Positions 10,579 to 20,674 of a stretch of 37,533 nt of DNA are shown here, in pieces. The notes under the pieces are model-generated. The model was not told the DNA's origin and did not search any database. It saw only the letters and a program-made list of their open reading frames with translations. The stretch covers positions 1 to 37,533 of the forward strand of contig JAPKEI010000001.1 in assembly GCA_028872685.1 (NCBI GenBank). Direction: 5' to 3'. Position numbers and translations under genes: made by a program. Numbering within the stretch: position 1 is the stretch's first letter; each line of letters opens with the position of its first letter. This DNA comes from Verrucomicrobiota bacterium. Its GTDB lineage: Bacteria > Verrucomicrobiota > Verrucomicrobiia > Limisphaerales > UBA1100.

Positions 10579-10644
10579 GGGACAAATCAAACATAGGGCA
10601 GGCAGGGAATCAATCCTTGAATTGGCCCTCTACCCAGTGAGTTT

Positions 10645-13191
10645 CTAGGGATGTGTCACGGCCATTACGCATTGGCCGGGGCGGAGGTGTTTTTGGGCGG
10701 CGGCTTCGATTTGTTGCTTGGTGATGGACTCATATTTTTCGTCGTCTTTTTCACTGGACTCATAGCCAAGGCCGTAGAGTTCATCGAGGCCGCTCATCGT
10801 GGCGAGGCCGCCGAGGTCTTGGCGGGAAATTTTTTTCTGACCAATGATTTTGGCTTTGGCGCGGCGGAGTTCGTCGTCGGTGAGACCGTCCTGCCGGAGC
10901 TTGGCCGCTTCGGCGAGCAGTTCTTTTTCCACTTGCTCAAGTTGCTTTGGCGAGGTGCCGGCGTAGAATGAAAAGTGGCCTTGGGTAAATCCCGGATGGC
11001 TCTGCGCGCCCACGTAATAAGCGAGGCCGAGCTCTTCGCGGATGCGCAGGAACAGTCGGCTGCCAAGATCACTACAGGCTTCGCCGATGAGCTCAAGTGC
11101 GTAGCGATCCTCATCAAAAAAAGAACAGCCGCGATAACCAAGTACGGCGACGGCTTGTTCTTTGTCGCGCACCTGTTCCACACGGCGCATTCCTTCTCCG
11201 GGTGGGATGTGTTTGGGTGCGCGGAAACCATTTCCAGCGGCCCACAAGCCGAATGCCTTTTCCACTTCAGCGCGAATGTCGTTGGTTTTAATATCACCAA
11301 AAATGGCGAGCACGGAGTTATTGGGCACGACGAGTTTTTGATGAAACGCGGAGAGATCGCCAGCACCCAATTTGTCGAGCGATGCCTCAGTCCCGAGTGT
11401 GTCCAGTCCGTAGCCTTGGCCGCCAAACAACGTTTCGCGCATCAGCCGAAAGGTGCCTTGGAGAAGTTTGTCCAACTGCGCTTTGAGGGCTGCGTGCTGC
11501 ACCACGCGTTGGCGTTCCAACGCGGCCTCGGGGAAGGAGGGCTGCAGCAGCACATCGGCCATCAGCTCCAGCCCCAGCAGGGTGTCGCCACTGAGCACTT
11601 CGAGCGATGCGCCGAATGAATTGTTGCCACCGTAGGCATCGATACCGCCGCCGACGGATTCAATTTGCTCGGCGATTTGCTGGCCCGTGCGGTTGGCGGT
11701 GCCTTTCACGAGCAGCTTGGCCATCAGCTGGGTAATTCCGCTGTTGCCAATTTTCTCGGCAAGCACCCCGCCTTGGAAGAGCGCGCGCATTTGCACGAAG
11801 GGCAGCCGATGATCTTCTTTCACCAACAACCGCAGGCCGTTGGGAAGTTCAAATTTTTGGATGGGATGTTGAGTATGCTCCACCGTCGCGCGCGCCACCA
11901 CGGGCGTTGCGCCGGTGGGCAGCAGCGCGTACAGCGTGCGGTTGTCTTCCTGTAAATATTCACTGGCCACGCGACAGACGTCACGCGGTTTCACGCGCTT
12001 GACGCTTTCGAGATAGCGATCAGTGAAGTCGAGGTCATTGACGGAAATCCAGCAGTCGCCGAGGTTTTGCGCTTGGCCTTCCATAGTCTTGCGCGTGGCG
12101 AGCGTGGCGGAGATGAATTGCTTCATCACTTTGTTTAATTCCGCGGGCTCCACTTGCGCGGATTTGAGCTGATCCAATTCTTCCAACAACGCCGTGCGCG
12201 CACCGTCAAATTTATCGGCATTCACCACGGCACTCATTCCGAAGAGGCCGCTTTGGGTGGGCGTGTAGGTCCACGCATCGGCGCTGTTCACGAGGCCCTT
12301 TTTCTCGCGCACATTTTGGTACAGCCGACTGCTGCGGCCGTTTCCAAGCAGCGTGGCCAGCACGTCCAGCGCCGGCATATCCGGATGGCGCACATCGGGT
12401 ACGTGCCATGAATAATGCAGATGGCCAAGCTGAATGGGCGCTTCCTCGATGACTTCGCGCGGGGCGGTTTGGCGCGGTTCATTGGGCAGCAGCACGGGCG
12501 GCGCGGGTTTGTTTTTATTGTTCGCAAATGCGGCGGCCACTTGCTCGATGACTTCCACAGCGTTTACGTCGCCGACGATTACGTAAAAGATATTGCTCGG
12601 AAGATAGCGGGCGCGATAGTAGCTCACGATGTCGTCCCGTCGCAGTTCGTTAAAAATATCGGGATAGCCGATCACCGTGTGGCGATAGGGGCTTGTGGTG
12701 TAAGCGCTCTCGAAGAGCCGCCGCCCCGCGCGTCGACCAGGGTCGTCCTGGCCCATATCGATTTCGCGGCGGATGACATCCAGCTCCTTGGCCAGCTCAG
12801 CCTCGGGCAGCGTGGCGTGCTGCATAATGTCGCACAAAATATCAATCGCCGAGACCGCGCCGGTGTTGGGCACATCTATATAGTATACCGTCCGGTCGAA
12901 GGACGTGTAGGCGTTCATATAACCGCCGGCTTCCTGGACTTCCAGATCAATGCGCCCCACGCCGCGGGTTTCGGTGCCCTTAAAAAGCATGTGCTCGAGA
13001 ATGTGCGAAAGGCCTGCGCCAAGCCACGCACCTTCGTGGATGCTACCGGTTTTGGCCCACGCCTGCACGGACGCCACGGGCGCGCTATGGTCTTCGCGCA
13101 CGATGACGGTGAGGCCGTTGTCGAGGGTGGCAAGGCGCGTGTCGCCGGCGGCATTGAGTTGACCGGCGGGAGTGGGTGAACCGTCAGGCAT
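10645..13191 (-). CDS. M16-family (pitrilysin/insulinase-like) zinc peptidase, two fused M16 units
   Basis: 848 aa. The N-terminal half has the inverted zinc motif HxxEH (GLSHILEHMLFKGT) and the downstream E-containing region. The second half repeats the M16 fold (LPNGLRLLVKEDHRLP...) without HxxEH. Confidence 0.85.
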   Translation of the reverse strand: MPDGSPTPAGQLNAAGDTRLATLDNGLTVIVREDHSAPVASVQAWAKTGSIHEGAWLGAGLSHILEHMLFKGTETRGVGRIDLEVQEAGGYMNAYTSFDRTVYYIDVPNTGAVSAIDILCDIMQHATLPEAELAKELDVIRREIDMGQDDPGRRAGRRLFESAYTTSPYRHTVIGYPDIFNELRRDDIVSYYRARYLPSNIFYVIVGDVNAVEVIEQVAAAFANNKNKPAPPVLLPNEPRQTAPREVIEEAPIQLGHLHYSWHVPDVRHPDMPALDVLATLLGNGRSSRLYQNVREKKGLVNSADAWTYTPTQSGLFGMSAVVNADKFDGARTALLEELDQLKSAQVEPAELNKVMKQFISATLATRKTMEGQAQNLGDCWISVNDLDFTDRYLESVKRVKPRDVCRVASEYLQEDNRTLYALLPTGATPVVARATVEHTQHPIQKFELPNGLRLLVKEDHRLPFVQMRALFQGGVLAEKIGNSGITQLMAKLLVKGTANRTGQQIAEQIESVGGGIDAYGGNNSFGASLEVLSGDTLLGLELMADVLLQPSFPEAALERQRVVQHAALKAQLDKLLQGTFRLMRETLFGGQGYGLDTLGTEASLDKLGAGDLSAFHQKLVVPNNSVLAIFGDIKTNDIRAEVEKAFGLWAAGNGFRAPKHIPPGEGMRRVEQVRDKEQAVAVLGYRGCSFFDEDRYALELIGEACSDLGSRLFLRIREELGLAYYVGAQSHPGFTQGHFSFYAGTSPKQLEQVEKELLAEAAKLRQDGLTDDELRRAKAKIIGQKKISRQDLGGLATMSGLDELYGLGYESSEKDDEKYESITKQQIEAAAQKHLRPGQCVMAVTHP

Positions 13192-13230
13192 AAACGGGGA
13201 GCTTAACGCGGTGAAAAGTGGCGGGCGAGC

Positions 13231-13725
13231 TTATTGCTTGTCCGACGCTTTCGACTGGTTGGTGGGATTGGCAGGGCGATCCGTTTCCGAAGCCGGCGGG
13301 ATGGTGCGGTTCACTTCGGGCAATTCCGGCTCCGTCGCCGCGGGTGGTAGAAAGGGTTGGCGAAAGGCTTCGTCGAAAGTATAGCCACCGCCGAAGTCGG
13401 TGAGAGTGTCCTCCTCCGTTTTGGCCAGCAACTCGTGCTCGACCATGTTAAACACAATCGCGCCAAAATCCTCGCCGCGTGTTAGGCCCCATTCGTTGAG
13501 CACCATCAAGGCCATTGGCCCGTATTGTTCCAGCGCGTGGGCGCGCATCCCACCGAGCAATTCCTGCCCGCTAATGTGCCGCACGGTGCCTTTTTCTTGT
13601 TTGGAAATGGACTGCTGCGTGAAGTCGAGCCCTTCGCGCACAAAATGATATGCATCACGATGGAACCGCGCATCCAGCGCGAGGATGGTGTCGAGCACTT
13701 CGTCGTAACTTTGTTTATGAATCAT
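13231..13725 (-). CDS. conserved hypothetical protein (resembles the Verrucomicrobia/Planctomycetes-restricted Minf_1886-like family)
   Basis: 164 aa. The pattern HISGQELLGGMRAHALEQYGPMALMVLNEWGLTRGEDFGAIVFNMVEHELLAKTEEDTLTDF matches my memory of that uncharacterised family and needs an HMM check. The C-terminal tail is Pro-rich and low-complexity. Confidence 0.6.
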   Translation of the reverse strand: MIHKQSYDEVLDTILALDARFHRDAYHFVREGLDFTQQSISKQEKGTVRHISGQELLGGMRAHALEQYGPMALMVLNEWGLTRGEDFGAIVFNMVEHELLAKTEEDTLTDFGGGYTFDEAFRQPFLPPAATEPELPEVNRTIPPASETDRPANPTNQSKASDKQ

Positions 13726-13868
13726 TTACTTTCAACAGCCGCTGGAGCTGCCTTCTTCGGCGAATCCAGTGGATGCGCCGTGCGCCAAGTTTGCACCGCC
13801 ATGCCTACCAATAAAAGCCCCAATATAACAATCAGCGCTTTCTGTTCCTGTGGCGTCAGGAATTTCAT
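13722..13868 (-). CDS. small single-pass membrane protein (48 aa), unannotated in the ORF track
   Basis: ATG at 13868 is preceded by a purine-rich AAGAGAG. It reads MKFLTPQEQKALIVILGLLLVGMAVQTWRTAHPLDSPKKAAPAAVESK. Its TGA overlaps the ATG of the next gene (ATGA, 13725-13722). It fills the otherwise empty 161-bp gap after leuS. Confidence 0.4.
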   Translation of the reverse strand: MKFLTPQEQKALIVILGLLLVGMAVQTWRTAHPLDSPKKAAPAAVESK

Positions 13869-13886
13869 TGACTCTCTTGAAACCGG

Positions 13887-16541
13887 TTATTTCACCGCAA
13901 TATTCACTAGTTTATTCGGCACCAGGATGACTTTCTTAACTTCTTTTTCAAAAATAAATTGCTGCACCTTCTCGCACGCCAACGCGAGCTGTTCGATTTC
14001 CTCGCGCGAAGTCTCCGGTGTGATGTCAATATGCCCACGCAATTTGCCGTTCACTTGCACGGGAAACTCAATGGATTCTTCCACCAAAAACGCCTCATCC
14101 CACTCCGGCCACGGCTGATAGGCCAGTGTATTCCCGGATACCTCACCCAATCGATCCGCCAATTCTTCCGCCAAATGCGGCGAGAAGGGATTGAGCAAAC
14201 GCAAAAATATCCCCAGCACTTCCCGCGGGCGGCTCTCCCATTTGGAGGCTTCATTGACGAAAACCATTAATGCCGAGATGCCGGTGTTGTAGCGCATCCC
14301 ATCGAGGTCGTCGGTCACTTTTTTGATGCACGCGTGCAGCACCTTGAGTTGTTCCGGTGTGGGTTCGGCATCGTTGATTGCCGCGTGTAGTTTCAAACCC
14401 GCCAGCAACGCCTCCGCTTGATCCGGCGCCGCGGTCACCGCTTGCTCGTAATCTTTGTAGCTGCCCTCGTCGATGAACAGCCGCCACACGCGCCCGAGAA
14501 AACGATACACGCCCTCCACGCCTTTGGTGTTCCACGGCTTCATCATTTCCAACGGGCCCATAAACATTTCATACAAACGAAACGCGTCCGCGCCATATTC
14601 GTCGATGACTCCATCAGGGTTCACCACGTTGCCGCGACTCTTGGACATTTTTTGACCATCCTCGCCGAGGATGATTCCCTGATTCACCAAACGCTGAAAC
14701 GGCTCGGCCATGGACACGTGACCAAGGTCAAACATCACCTTGTGCCAAAACCGCGCGTACAACAAATGCAACACCGCGTGCTCCGTGCCGCCGACGTAAA
14801 GGTCGACGTTCATCCAATATTTTTCCGCCGCCTCGCCCACGTGACGCTCGTTGTTTTGCGTATCGAGGTAGCGCAAATAATACCAACAACTGCCCGCCCA
14901 TTGGGGCATCGTGTTAGTCTCGCGCGTAGCGCCGTCGGGGAGGTCTACCCAATCCGCAGCGCGCGCCAATGGCGGATCGCCTTCGGTGGTGGGTTTGTAA
15001 TCATCCAGCTCCGGCGGCAACACGGGTAAATCACTTTCCGCGACCGCCTCGTGATGGCCATCGCGCCAGACGATGGGAAATGGCTCGCCCCAATAGCGTT
15101 GACGGCTGAACAGCCAGTCTCGCAGTTTGAAATTGATGGTGCGCTTGCCCTGCCCTTTTCCCTCGAGCCATTCGATGATCTTCGCCTTGGCCTCGGCCGT
15201 GGACAGGCCGCTGATGAAGCCGCTCTCCACGCTGGTGCCGTCGCCCACAAATCCAAGCGACTCGAGCGACTCGCCTTCAGGCGCTTGCACGACCACGCGC
15301 ACAGGTAGTTCAAATTTTTGTGCAAACTCCAAGTCACGCGCGTCGTGCGCGGGCACAGCCATAATCGCACCGGTGCCATAGCTCGCCAAAACGTAATCGG
15401 CAATCCAAATGGGCACTGGCTCATCGTTCGCCGGATTGATCGCAAACGCGCCGGTGAACACGCCTGTCTTTTCCTTTGCCAATTCCGTGCGCTCCAAGTC
15501 GCTCTTGCGTGCCGCCGCCGCGCGATAGTCCGCCACCGCCGTGCGTTGGTCGTCGGTGGTGAGTTCATCCACCCATTCGTGCTCCGGCGAAAGCACCAAA
15601 TAAGTCGCGCCCCACAACGTATCGGGCCGCGTCGTAAAAACACAGATTCTGTCTTCTGAATCCTGTATTCTAAATTCCACCTCAGCCCCTTCGCTGCGGC
15701 CAATCCAGTTGCGCTGCATTTCCTTCAGCGAATCGCTCCAATCGATCGTCTCCAAATCATCGAGCAATCGCTGCGCGAAAGCCGTGATGCGCAGCATCCA
15801 TTGCCGCATCGGCCGGCGCACCACGGGATGCCCGCCCACTTCGCTTTTGCCATTGATGACTTCTTCGTTGGCCAGCACCGTGCCCAGCTCGGGACACCAG
15901 TTCACCGGCGCGTGGGAAACAAACGCGAGGCGATGGTCATCGCGGAAATCGCGCCGCGCTTCGTCAGTGGTTACGTCCGCCGGAAACTCCAGCGTGTCGA
16001 TGGACTCCGCCTTGCCGCTGGCAGGGTTCGCCCACGAATGATAAAGCTGCAGAAAAATCCATTGGCTCCAGCGAAAATAATTCGGGTCGGTGGTGTTCAC
16101 CTCGCGGCTCCAGTCGTAGCTGAAGCCGAGCCCTTTAATTTGGCGCGTGAAATTGGCGATGTTTTCCTCGGTGGTCTTCCGTGGATGCTGTCCGGTTTTG
16201 ATGGCGTACTGCTCCGCCGGCAAGCCGAAGGCATCCCAACCCATCGGATGCAAAACGTGGCGGCCCTGCATTCGAAGGTAGCGCGCTGTGATGTCCGTGG
16301 CGGTGTAGCCTTCCGGATGCCCCACGTGCAGCCCCGCGCCGGAGGGGTACGGAAACATATCGAGGATGTAATATTTCTCGATCGACTCGGGCGCCACATC
16401 GCCATGGCGCACGGCAAAGGGATGCTCCGCCGCGGGGGGGTCGCCAGGGTTAAAAGCACGAAACGTCTCCTGCGCCTCCCAGTGCTGTTGCCAGCGGGGC
16501 TCGATCAAGTGAAACGGATATTGTCGCCGCATTTGTGACAT
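13887..16541 (-). CDS. leuS: leucine--tRNA ligase
   Basis: The HIGH motif ([10 protein letters not shown]), the KMSKS motif (QKMSKSRGN) and the CP1 editing domain are present. The start is trimmed to ATG 16541 ([22 protein letters not shown]), because the 38 residues upstream in the track are not LeuRS-like. Confidence 0.95.
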   Translation of the reverse strand: MSQMRRQYPFHLIEPRWQQHWEAQETFRAFNPGDPPAAEHPFAVRHGDVAPESIEKYYILDMFPYPSGAGLHVGHPEGYTATDITARYLRMQGRHVLHPMGWDAFGLPAEQYAIKTGQHPRKTTEENIANFTRQIKGLGFSYDWSREVNTTDPNYFRWSQWIFLQLYHSWANPASGKAESIDTLEFPADVTTDEARRDFRDDHRLAFVSHAPVNWCPELGTVLANEEVINGKSEVGGHPVVRRPMRQWMLRITAFAQRLLDDLETIDWSDSLKEMQRNWIGRSEGAEVEFRIQDSEDRICVFTTRPDTLWGATYLVLSPEHEWVDELTTDDQRTAVADYRAAAARKSDLERTELAKEKTGVFTGAFAINPANDEPVPIWIADYVLASYGTGAIMAVPAHDARDLEFAQKFELPVRVVVQAPEGESLESLGFVGDGTSVESGFISGLSTAEAKAKIIEWLEGKGQGKRTINFKLRDWLFSRQRYWGEPFPIVWRDGHHEAVAESDLPVLPPELDDYKPTTEGDPPLARAADWVDLPDGATRETNTMPQWAGSCWYYLRYLDTQNNERHVGEAAEKYWMNVDLYVGGTEHAVLHLLYARFWHKVMFDLGHVSMAEPFQRLVNQGIILGEDGQKMSKSRGNVVNPDGVIDEYGADAFRLYEMFMGPLEMMKPWNTKGVEGVYRFLGRVWRLFIDEGSYKDYEQAVTAAPDQAEALLAGLKLHAAINDAEPTPEQLKVLHACIKKVTDDLDGMRYNTGISALMVFVNEASKWESRPREVLGIFLRLLNPFSPHLAEELADRLGEVSGNTLAYQPWPEWDEAFLVEESIEFPVQVNGKLRGHIDITPETSREEIEQLALACEKVQQFIFEKEVKKVILVPNKLVNIAVK

Positions 16542-16680
16542 CGGCAGCGGATAATGGAGAAAAGACCCGTGCGGGGCAATGCAAACTAACGCGAGGAGCG
16601 AAAACTGATTTTTCGTATCCAAAGCGTTGACACACCCCCTGTTTTCCGAAAACATACCCGCGACTTAAGTATCCCCCATT

Positions 16681-17124
16681 ATGGAAAGCTGGCTCATCTG
16701 GATTATTATTGGCGCAATCTTTATTGTTGCCGAAATTTTCTCTGTCAGTTTCTTCGCCGGCCCCATTGGACTCGCCTGTCTAGTGGCAGCGCTTATTAAT
16801 TATGCTGGCGCCACCGCAACCTGGCAACTGCTTGGTTTTAGCGTCACTTCAGTCGGTTTACTGCTCGCTGTCCGACCCATTTGGAAGCGCATGATGGAGG
16901 ACATGTCGAATAAAGAAGTCAGCGGCATCGACGCCTATGTCGGCAGGCAGGGCAAAATCACGGAAACAGTTGACCCACAAGCCGAAACCGGACGCATTAA
17001 AATCGGCGGTGAAGACTGGCGGGCCGTCTCCGATAAAAGCATTATCATTGAAGAAGGATCTTTGGCCACGGTGATCCGCATTGAAGGCTCCAAGGCCGTT
17101 GTTAGTGTAAGTGAAAACCCATAG
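16681..17124 (+). CDS. NfeD-family membrane protein
   Basis: 147 aa. N-terminal TM helices (MESWLIWIIIGAIFIVAEIF...) are followed by a C-terminal OB-fold-like segment (GRQGKITETV...GRIKIGGEDWRAVS). It is paired with a downstream SPFH gene, as is typical. Confidence 0.85.
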   Translation: MESWLIWIIIGAIFIVAEIFSVSFFAGPIGLACLVAALINYAGATATWQLLGFSVTSVGLLLAVRPIWKRMMEDMSNKEVSGIDAYVGRQGKITETVDPQAETGRIKIGGEDWRAVSDKSIIIEEGSLATVIRIEGSKAVVSVSENP

Positions 17125-17152
17125 CCGTTGTTAGTGTAAGTGATAACCCCTA
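17095..17152. repeat. 29-bp tandem duplication spanning the nfeD stop codon
   Basis: Copy 1 (17095-17123) is gccgttgttagtgtaagtgaaaacccata. Copy 2 (17124-17152) is gccgttgttagtgtaagtgataaccccta. Identity is 27/29 by direct comparison. Confidence 0.9.
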
Positions 17153-17168
17153 ATAGAAAGTAATAATC

Positions 17169-18194
17169 ATGGAATATTCCCTAACCCCAATATTTGGCGC
17201 CTCAAATTTTGCCCTTGCCATGGCAGGCGTCTTGGCAATCGCCGTGATCTCGGCAATATTGATGTGTGTCAAAATTGTCAAGCAGGCCGAATGCATGGTA
17301 GTCGAACGATTTGGAAAATATAAGGACACCCTACAAGCCGGCATCAATTTCATCATCCCGGTGATGGATAAACCGCGCGCGATCCACTGGCGTTCCAAGC
17401 GTACGGATATCAGCGGAGTGGAATACGTGATGAGCGTCCAGAAGACCAACATTGATTTGCGGGAGCAGGTGTTTGATTTCGCCAAGCAAAACGTGATCAC
17501 GAAGGACAACGTGACCATCGAGATTGATGCAATGCTGTATTTCCAGATCACCGATGTGACAAAGTCCATTTATGAAATAGCCAACCTGCCCGATGCCATT
17601 GAGAAACTTTGCAAAACCAGCCTGCGTAATGTGGCGGGTAATCTGACCTTGGATGATTGCCTGACCTCGCGCGATCAAATCAACGGTGAGCTTCTGGCAA
17701 TCATGGACGAAGCAACCGACAAGTGGGGCGTGAAAGTCAACCGAGTAGAGCTCAAGGACATCACCCCGCCGCGTGACATCCAGGAGGCAATGGAAAAACA
17801 AATGCGCGCCGAGCGCGAGCGCCGCGCCGTGATTCTCACCGCGGAGGGCGAAAAGAAGTCAATGATTCTTGAGGCCGAAGGTATCCGCGAATCCCAAATC
17901 ACACGTGCCGAGGGCCAGAAAAAATCCGCCGTTTTAAATGCGGAAGGTGAAGCCGAAGCCCGCATCAAAGTGGCCGACGCGGAAAAGGACGCCATCATGC
18001 TGCTCACCCAAAGCCTCACCGGCACCAAGAGTGACCCCGCGCAATACCTCATTGCCGTCCGCTACTTGGAGTCGCTGCAGGCGATGACTTCCGGCAAAGA
18101 CAACAAAGTCGTCTATGTGCCTTACGAGGCCACCGGAGTTATCGGATCGCTCGGCGGCATCAAGGATCTGCTCAGCGGCATCGGCAAACCCTAG
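17169..18194 (+). CDS. SPFH/band-7 (stomatin-like) protein
   Basis: 341 aa. An N-terminal TM helix is followed by the SPFH core (VVERFGKY...GINFIIP..D......D.R.Q.....Q.VITKDNV.I.IDA...FQI.D) and a coiled-coil region (EAEG repeats). Confidence 0.9.
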   Translation: MEYSLTPIFGASNFALAMAGVLAIAVISAILMCVKIVKQAECMVVERFGKYKDTLQAGINFIIPVMDKPRAIHWRSKRTDISGVEYVMSVQKTNIDLREQVFDFAKQNVITKDNVTIEIDAMLYFQITDVTKSIYEIANLPDAIEKLCKTSLRNVAGNLTLDDCLTSRDQINGELLAIMDEATDKWGVKVNRVELKDITPPRDIQEAMEKQMRAERERRAVILTAEGEKKSMILEAEGIRESQITRAEGQKKSAVLNAEGEAEARIKVADAEKDAIMLLTQSLTGTKSDPAQYLIAVRYLESLQAMTSGKDNKVVYVPYEATGVIGSLGGIKDLLSGIGKP

Positions 18195-18826
18195 TGCCCA
18201 CCCCCGTTGTCATCGCCACGGGAAACGCGCACAAGGCGGAGGAAATCCAGGCCCTACTCGGGCCGGATTTCGTCTGCCGTACCTTAGCCGATTTCCCTGA
18301 TGCCCCCGAGGTGGAAGAAACCGCCCGCACCCTCGCCGGCAACGCCGCGCTCAAGGCGCTTTCCCTCGTCAACTGGCTCAAGCAAAACGAGGACTGGCAC
18401 GAAGGCTGGGTACTCGCCGATGATTCCGGCCTAGAAGTGGATGCCCTCGATGGCGCGCCCGGCGTGCGCAGTGCCCGTTATGCCGCCACCGATTCACACG
18501 CGGGAAACACCCCCGACCAACAAAACAACGCCAAGCTGTTGCACGAACTTTCCGGCCATCGCAAACACCATCGCACCGCGCGCTTCCGCTGCGTGATCGC
18601 GCTGGCCCGCGCGGGGCAATACGAAAAGCCAGAAATATTCCACGGCGTATGCGAAGGCCAAATCATTGAAGAACCCCGCGGTGAAAATGGTTTCGGATAC
18701 GACCCCCTCTTCCAACCCGAAGGCCACACCCAAACCTTCGGTGAACTCGGCGAACCAACCAAAAGCCAAAACAGCCACCGAGCTGATGCTCTAAATAAAT
18801 TGAAAGATTGGATTTTGGCTCGGTAA
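18194..18826 (+). CDS. rdgB: non-canonical purine NTP pyrophosphatase RdgB/HAM1
   Basis: The GTG start shares one nucleotide with the SPFH stop (TAGTG). VVIATGNAHKAEE, DDSGLEVDALDGAPGVRSARYA, GFGYDPLF and SHR motifs are present. Confidence 0.9.
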   Translation: MPTPVVIATGNAHKAEEIQALLGPDFVCRTLADFPDAPEVEETARTLAGNAALKALSLVNWLKQNEDWHEGWVLADDSGLEVDALDGAPGVRSARYAATDSHAGNTPDQQNNAKLLHELSGHRKHHRTARFRCVIALARAGQYEKPEIFHGVCEGQIIEEPRGENGFGYDPLFQPEGHTQTFGELGEPTKSQNSHRADALNKLKDWILAR

Positions 18827-18848
18827 GGACACGCGGAAGCGCGTTCCT
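18826..18848. terminator. hairpin between convergent rdgB and the DHH gene (bidirectional terminator candidate)
   Basis: AGGA-C-ACGCG (18826-18835), loop GAAG, CGCGT-TCCT (18840-18848). There is no clear T-tract on either side. Confidence 0.35.
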
Positions 18849-18852
18849 AGCT

Positions 18853-19782
18853 TCACACCTTCAATCCCTCTAACGCATCGCCCAAACTCCCGAGCCCATC
18901 GCCGCCGGGCTTGGGGTTCAGTGTTTTCTTCAAATACTCCACCGCATCGGGAATGCGCTGCACCGTTTGCGGCAGCGTGGCGCCGCACGCATTGGGATGG
19001 CCGCCGCCTTGTAGCAGCTTGGCAACCGGAAGCGCCTCGCCGTTGCGACTGCGCACGCTCACACTCACCGAACGATTGCGCGTCACCGCCGTGAGAATCA
19101 CCGGATGCGGTGTGGCTTCTTCGGTCAACATTTGATGCACCACCGCGTTGGTGTCGCCAATCGGCGATTCGATCATCGCCACCGTGTCCGACAGCGGAGT
19201 GATATGCGCCTTGGCATATTCGTAGCCAATCGGATTTTCAATCCGCCGGCGCGTGGCGATCACTTCGATGAGCGGATGATCGATCAATGACTCGAGATCG
19301 CCCTCGATGAGCTTGGCGATATTCCAAAACATATACTGCTTGATGAGGCTTCCGTAATCGATGGCCTCCGTGAAATGCGGATCGTCCGTGAGAAACAAAT
19401 CGCCCACGTTCGTAAAATGCACGAGCCGGTCGAGCTTCTCATTGCCGAGGCCGTGCTCTTTGCACAGCTCGTAGCAGAGCAGGCTCGCGGACTTGGAATG
19501 GTCGAGAATCAGCCGCGCCCGTTGCGGATCTACATCGGTTTGGTGATGATCCACAATCAGCCAATTATCGCGGTCCATGCGTTTTGAGAAGTTCAGGTCA
19601 CACACCCACGCGCAGTTTTCGCGCAGCGGACGGCGTTCGAAGTTGGTGTAATTCCACGCTTGCAACAGCGTTTGCTGGTCGAACAAATGGTTCGCCAAAC
19701 GCTGCAGTAGGTGACCGGACACAAATCCATCCAAGTCGCTCTCGTGGGTTATCACTACTTGTGGTTGCGGTAAATCGCTCAT
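18853..19782 (-). CDS. DHH-family phosphoesterase (NrnA-like)
   Basis: Motifs are HESDLDG (DxD), VCD, LIVDHHQTD (DHH) and the C-terminal GGGHPNACGA. The ATG at 19782 (MSDLPQPQVVITHESD) is preferred over the TTG at 19818 used by the track. Confidence 0.8.
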   Translation of the reverse strand: MSDLPQPQVVITHESDLDGFVSGHLLQRLANHLFDQQTLLQAWNYTNFERRPLRENCAWVCDLNFSKRMDRDNWLIVDHHQTDVDPQRARLILDHSKSASLLCYELCKEHGLGNEKLDRLVHFTNVGDLFLTDDPHFTEAIDYGSLIKQYMFWNIAKLIEGDLESLIDHPLIEVIATRRRIENPIGYEYAKAHITPLSDTVAMIESPIGDTNAVVHQMLTEEATPHPVILTAVTRNRSVSVSVRSRNGEALPVAKLLQGGGHPNACGATLPQTVQRIPDAVEYLKKTLNPKPGGDGLGSLGDALEGLKV

Positions 19783-19866
19783 CGGCGCGAACCTAACGGG
19801 CGCGCCAGCCTTCGCCAATCGTTATTTTCTTTTCCGCGCAAAACCCTTCCCGCATACTCGGCGTTT

Positions 19867-20673
19867 ATGAGTCTATTCAATTTGAACAATGAAGTTGCCG
19901 TGGTGATTGGCGCAACCGGGGCACTCGGCGGCGCTTGTGCCCAAGCCATGGCCGAAGCCGGCGCCAAAATCGCCGTAGCCGGTCGCAGCGCCGAACGCGG
20001 CGAAGCAAGGGTAAAAGAAATCACCGATGCCGGTGGCACCGCACAGTTTTTTACCTGCGATGCTATGGATCCCGCCAGTCTCAAAAGCTGCCACGAAGCC
20101 GTTACCGAAGTCCTCGGCGCACCGACTATTTTGCTAAACGCCGCCGGAGGCAACCACCCCGACGCCACTGTCACGCCCGATATGCCTTTCGAAAACATTC
20201 CCCTCCCCGCATGGGCGAAGGTGTTTGACCTTAATCTTGTGGGTGGGCTGCTACTGCCTTGTCAGGAATTCGGCCCCGCCATGTGCGCACGCGGCAAGGG
20301 TAGCATAATCAACATCGCCAGTGTCACCTCCCATATCCCGCTCTCCAAAGTAATCGCCTATTCCGCCTCCAAAGCCGCTGTGCTCAGTGCCACCCGTTTC
20401 CTTGCCCGCGAATGGGCGACGAAAGGCGTGCGAGTAAACAGCATTACCCCCGGCTTTTTTCCGGCTGAGCAAAATAAAAAACTACTCTACAATGAAGACG
20501 GCACGCCCAGTGAAAGGGCGCTTTCCATCTTCGGCCACACAGCCATGGGCCGTTTCGGCGACCCCGCCGAACTGGCTGGCGCGGCGGTGTATCTCGCCAG
20601 CAACAAAGCTGCGAGTTTTGTGACAGGCTCTGACATTGTAGTCGACGGCGGTTTCTTGTCGCAGACAATTTAA
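19867..20673 (+). CDS. SDR-family NAD(P)-dependent oxidoreductase
   Basis: The GATGALGG Rossmann motif, NAAG and YSASKAAV (YxxxK catalytic motif) are present. Length is 268 aa. Confidence 0.85.
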   Translation: MSLFNLNNEVAVVIGATGALGGACAQAMAEAGAKIAVAGRSAERGEARVKEITDAGGTAQFFTCDAMDPASLKSCHEAVTEVLGAPTILLNAAGGNHPDATVTPDMPFENIPLPAWAKVFDLNLVGGLLLPCQEFGPAMCARGKGSIINIASVTSHIPLSKVIAYSASKAAVLSATRFLAREWATKGVRVNSITPGFFPAEQNKKLLYNEDGTPSERALSIFGHTAMGRFGDPAELAGAAVYLASNKAASFVTGSDIVVDGGFLSQTI

Positions 20674-20674
20674 C

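Noticed and set aside
10651-16538. Plus-strand ORFs inside the M16 peptidase and leuS genes (for example 10975-11619, 12415-13179, 14418-15029 and 15801-16538)
   Set aside because: They are antisense shadow ORFs. The minus frames carry HxxEH, HIGH and KMSKS motifs and span the region without interruption.
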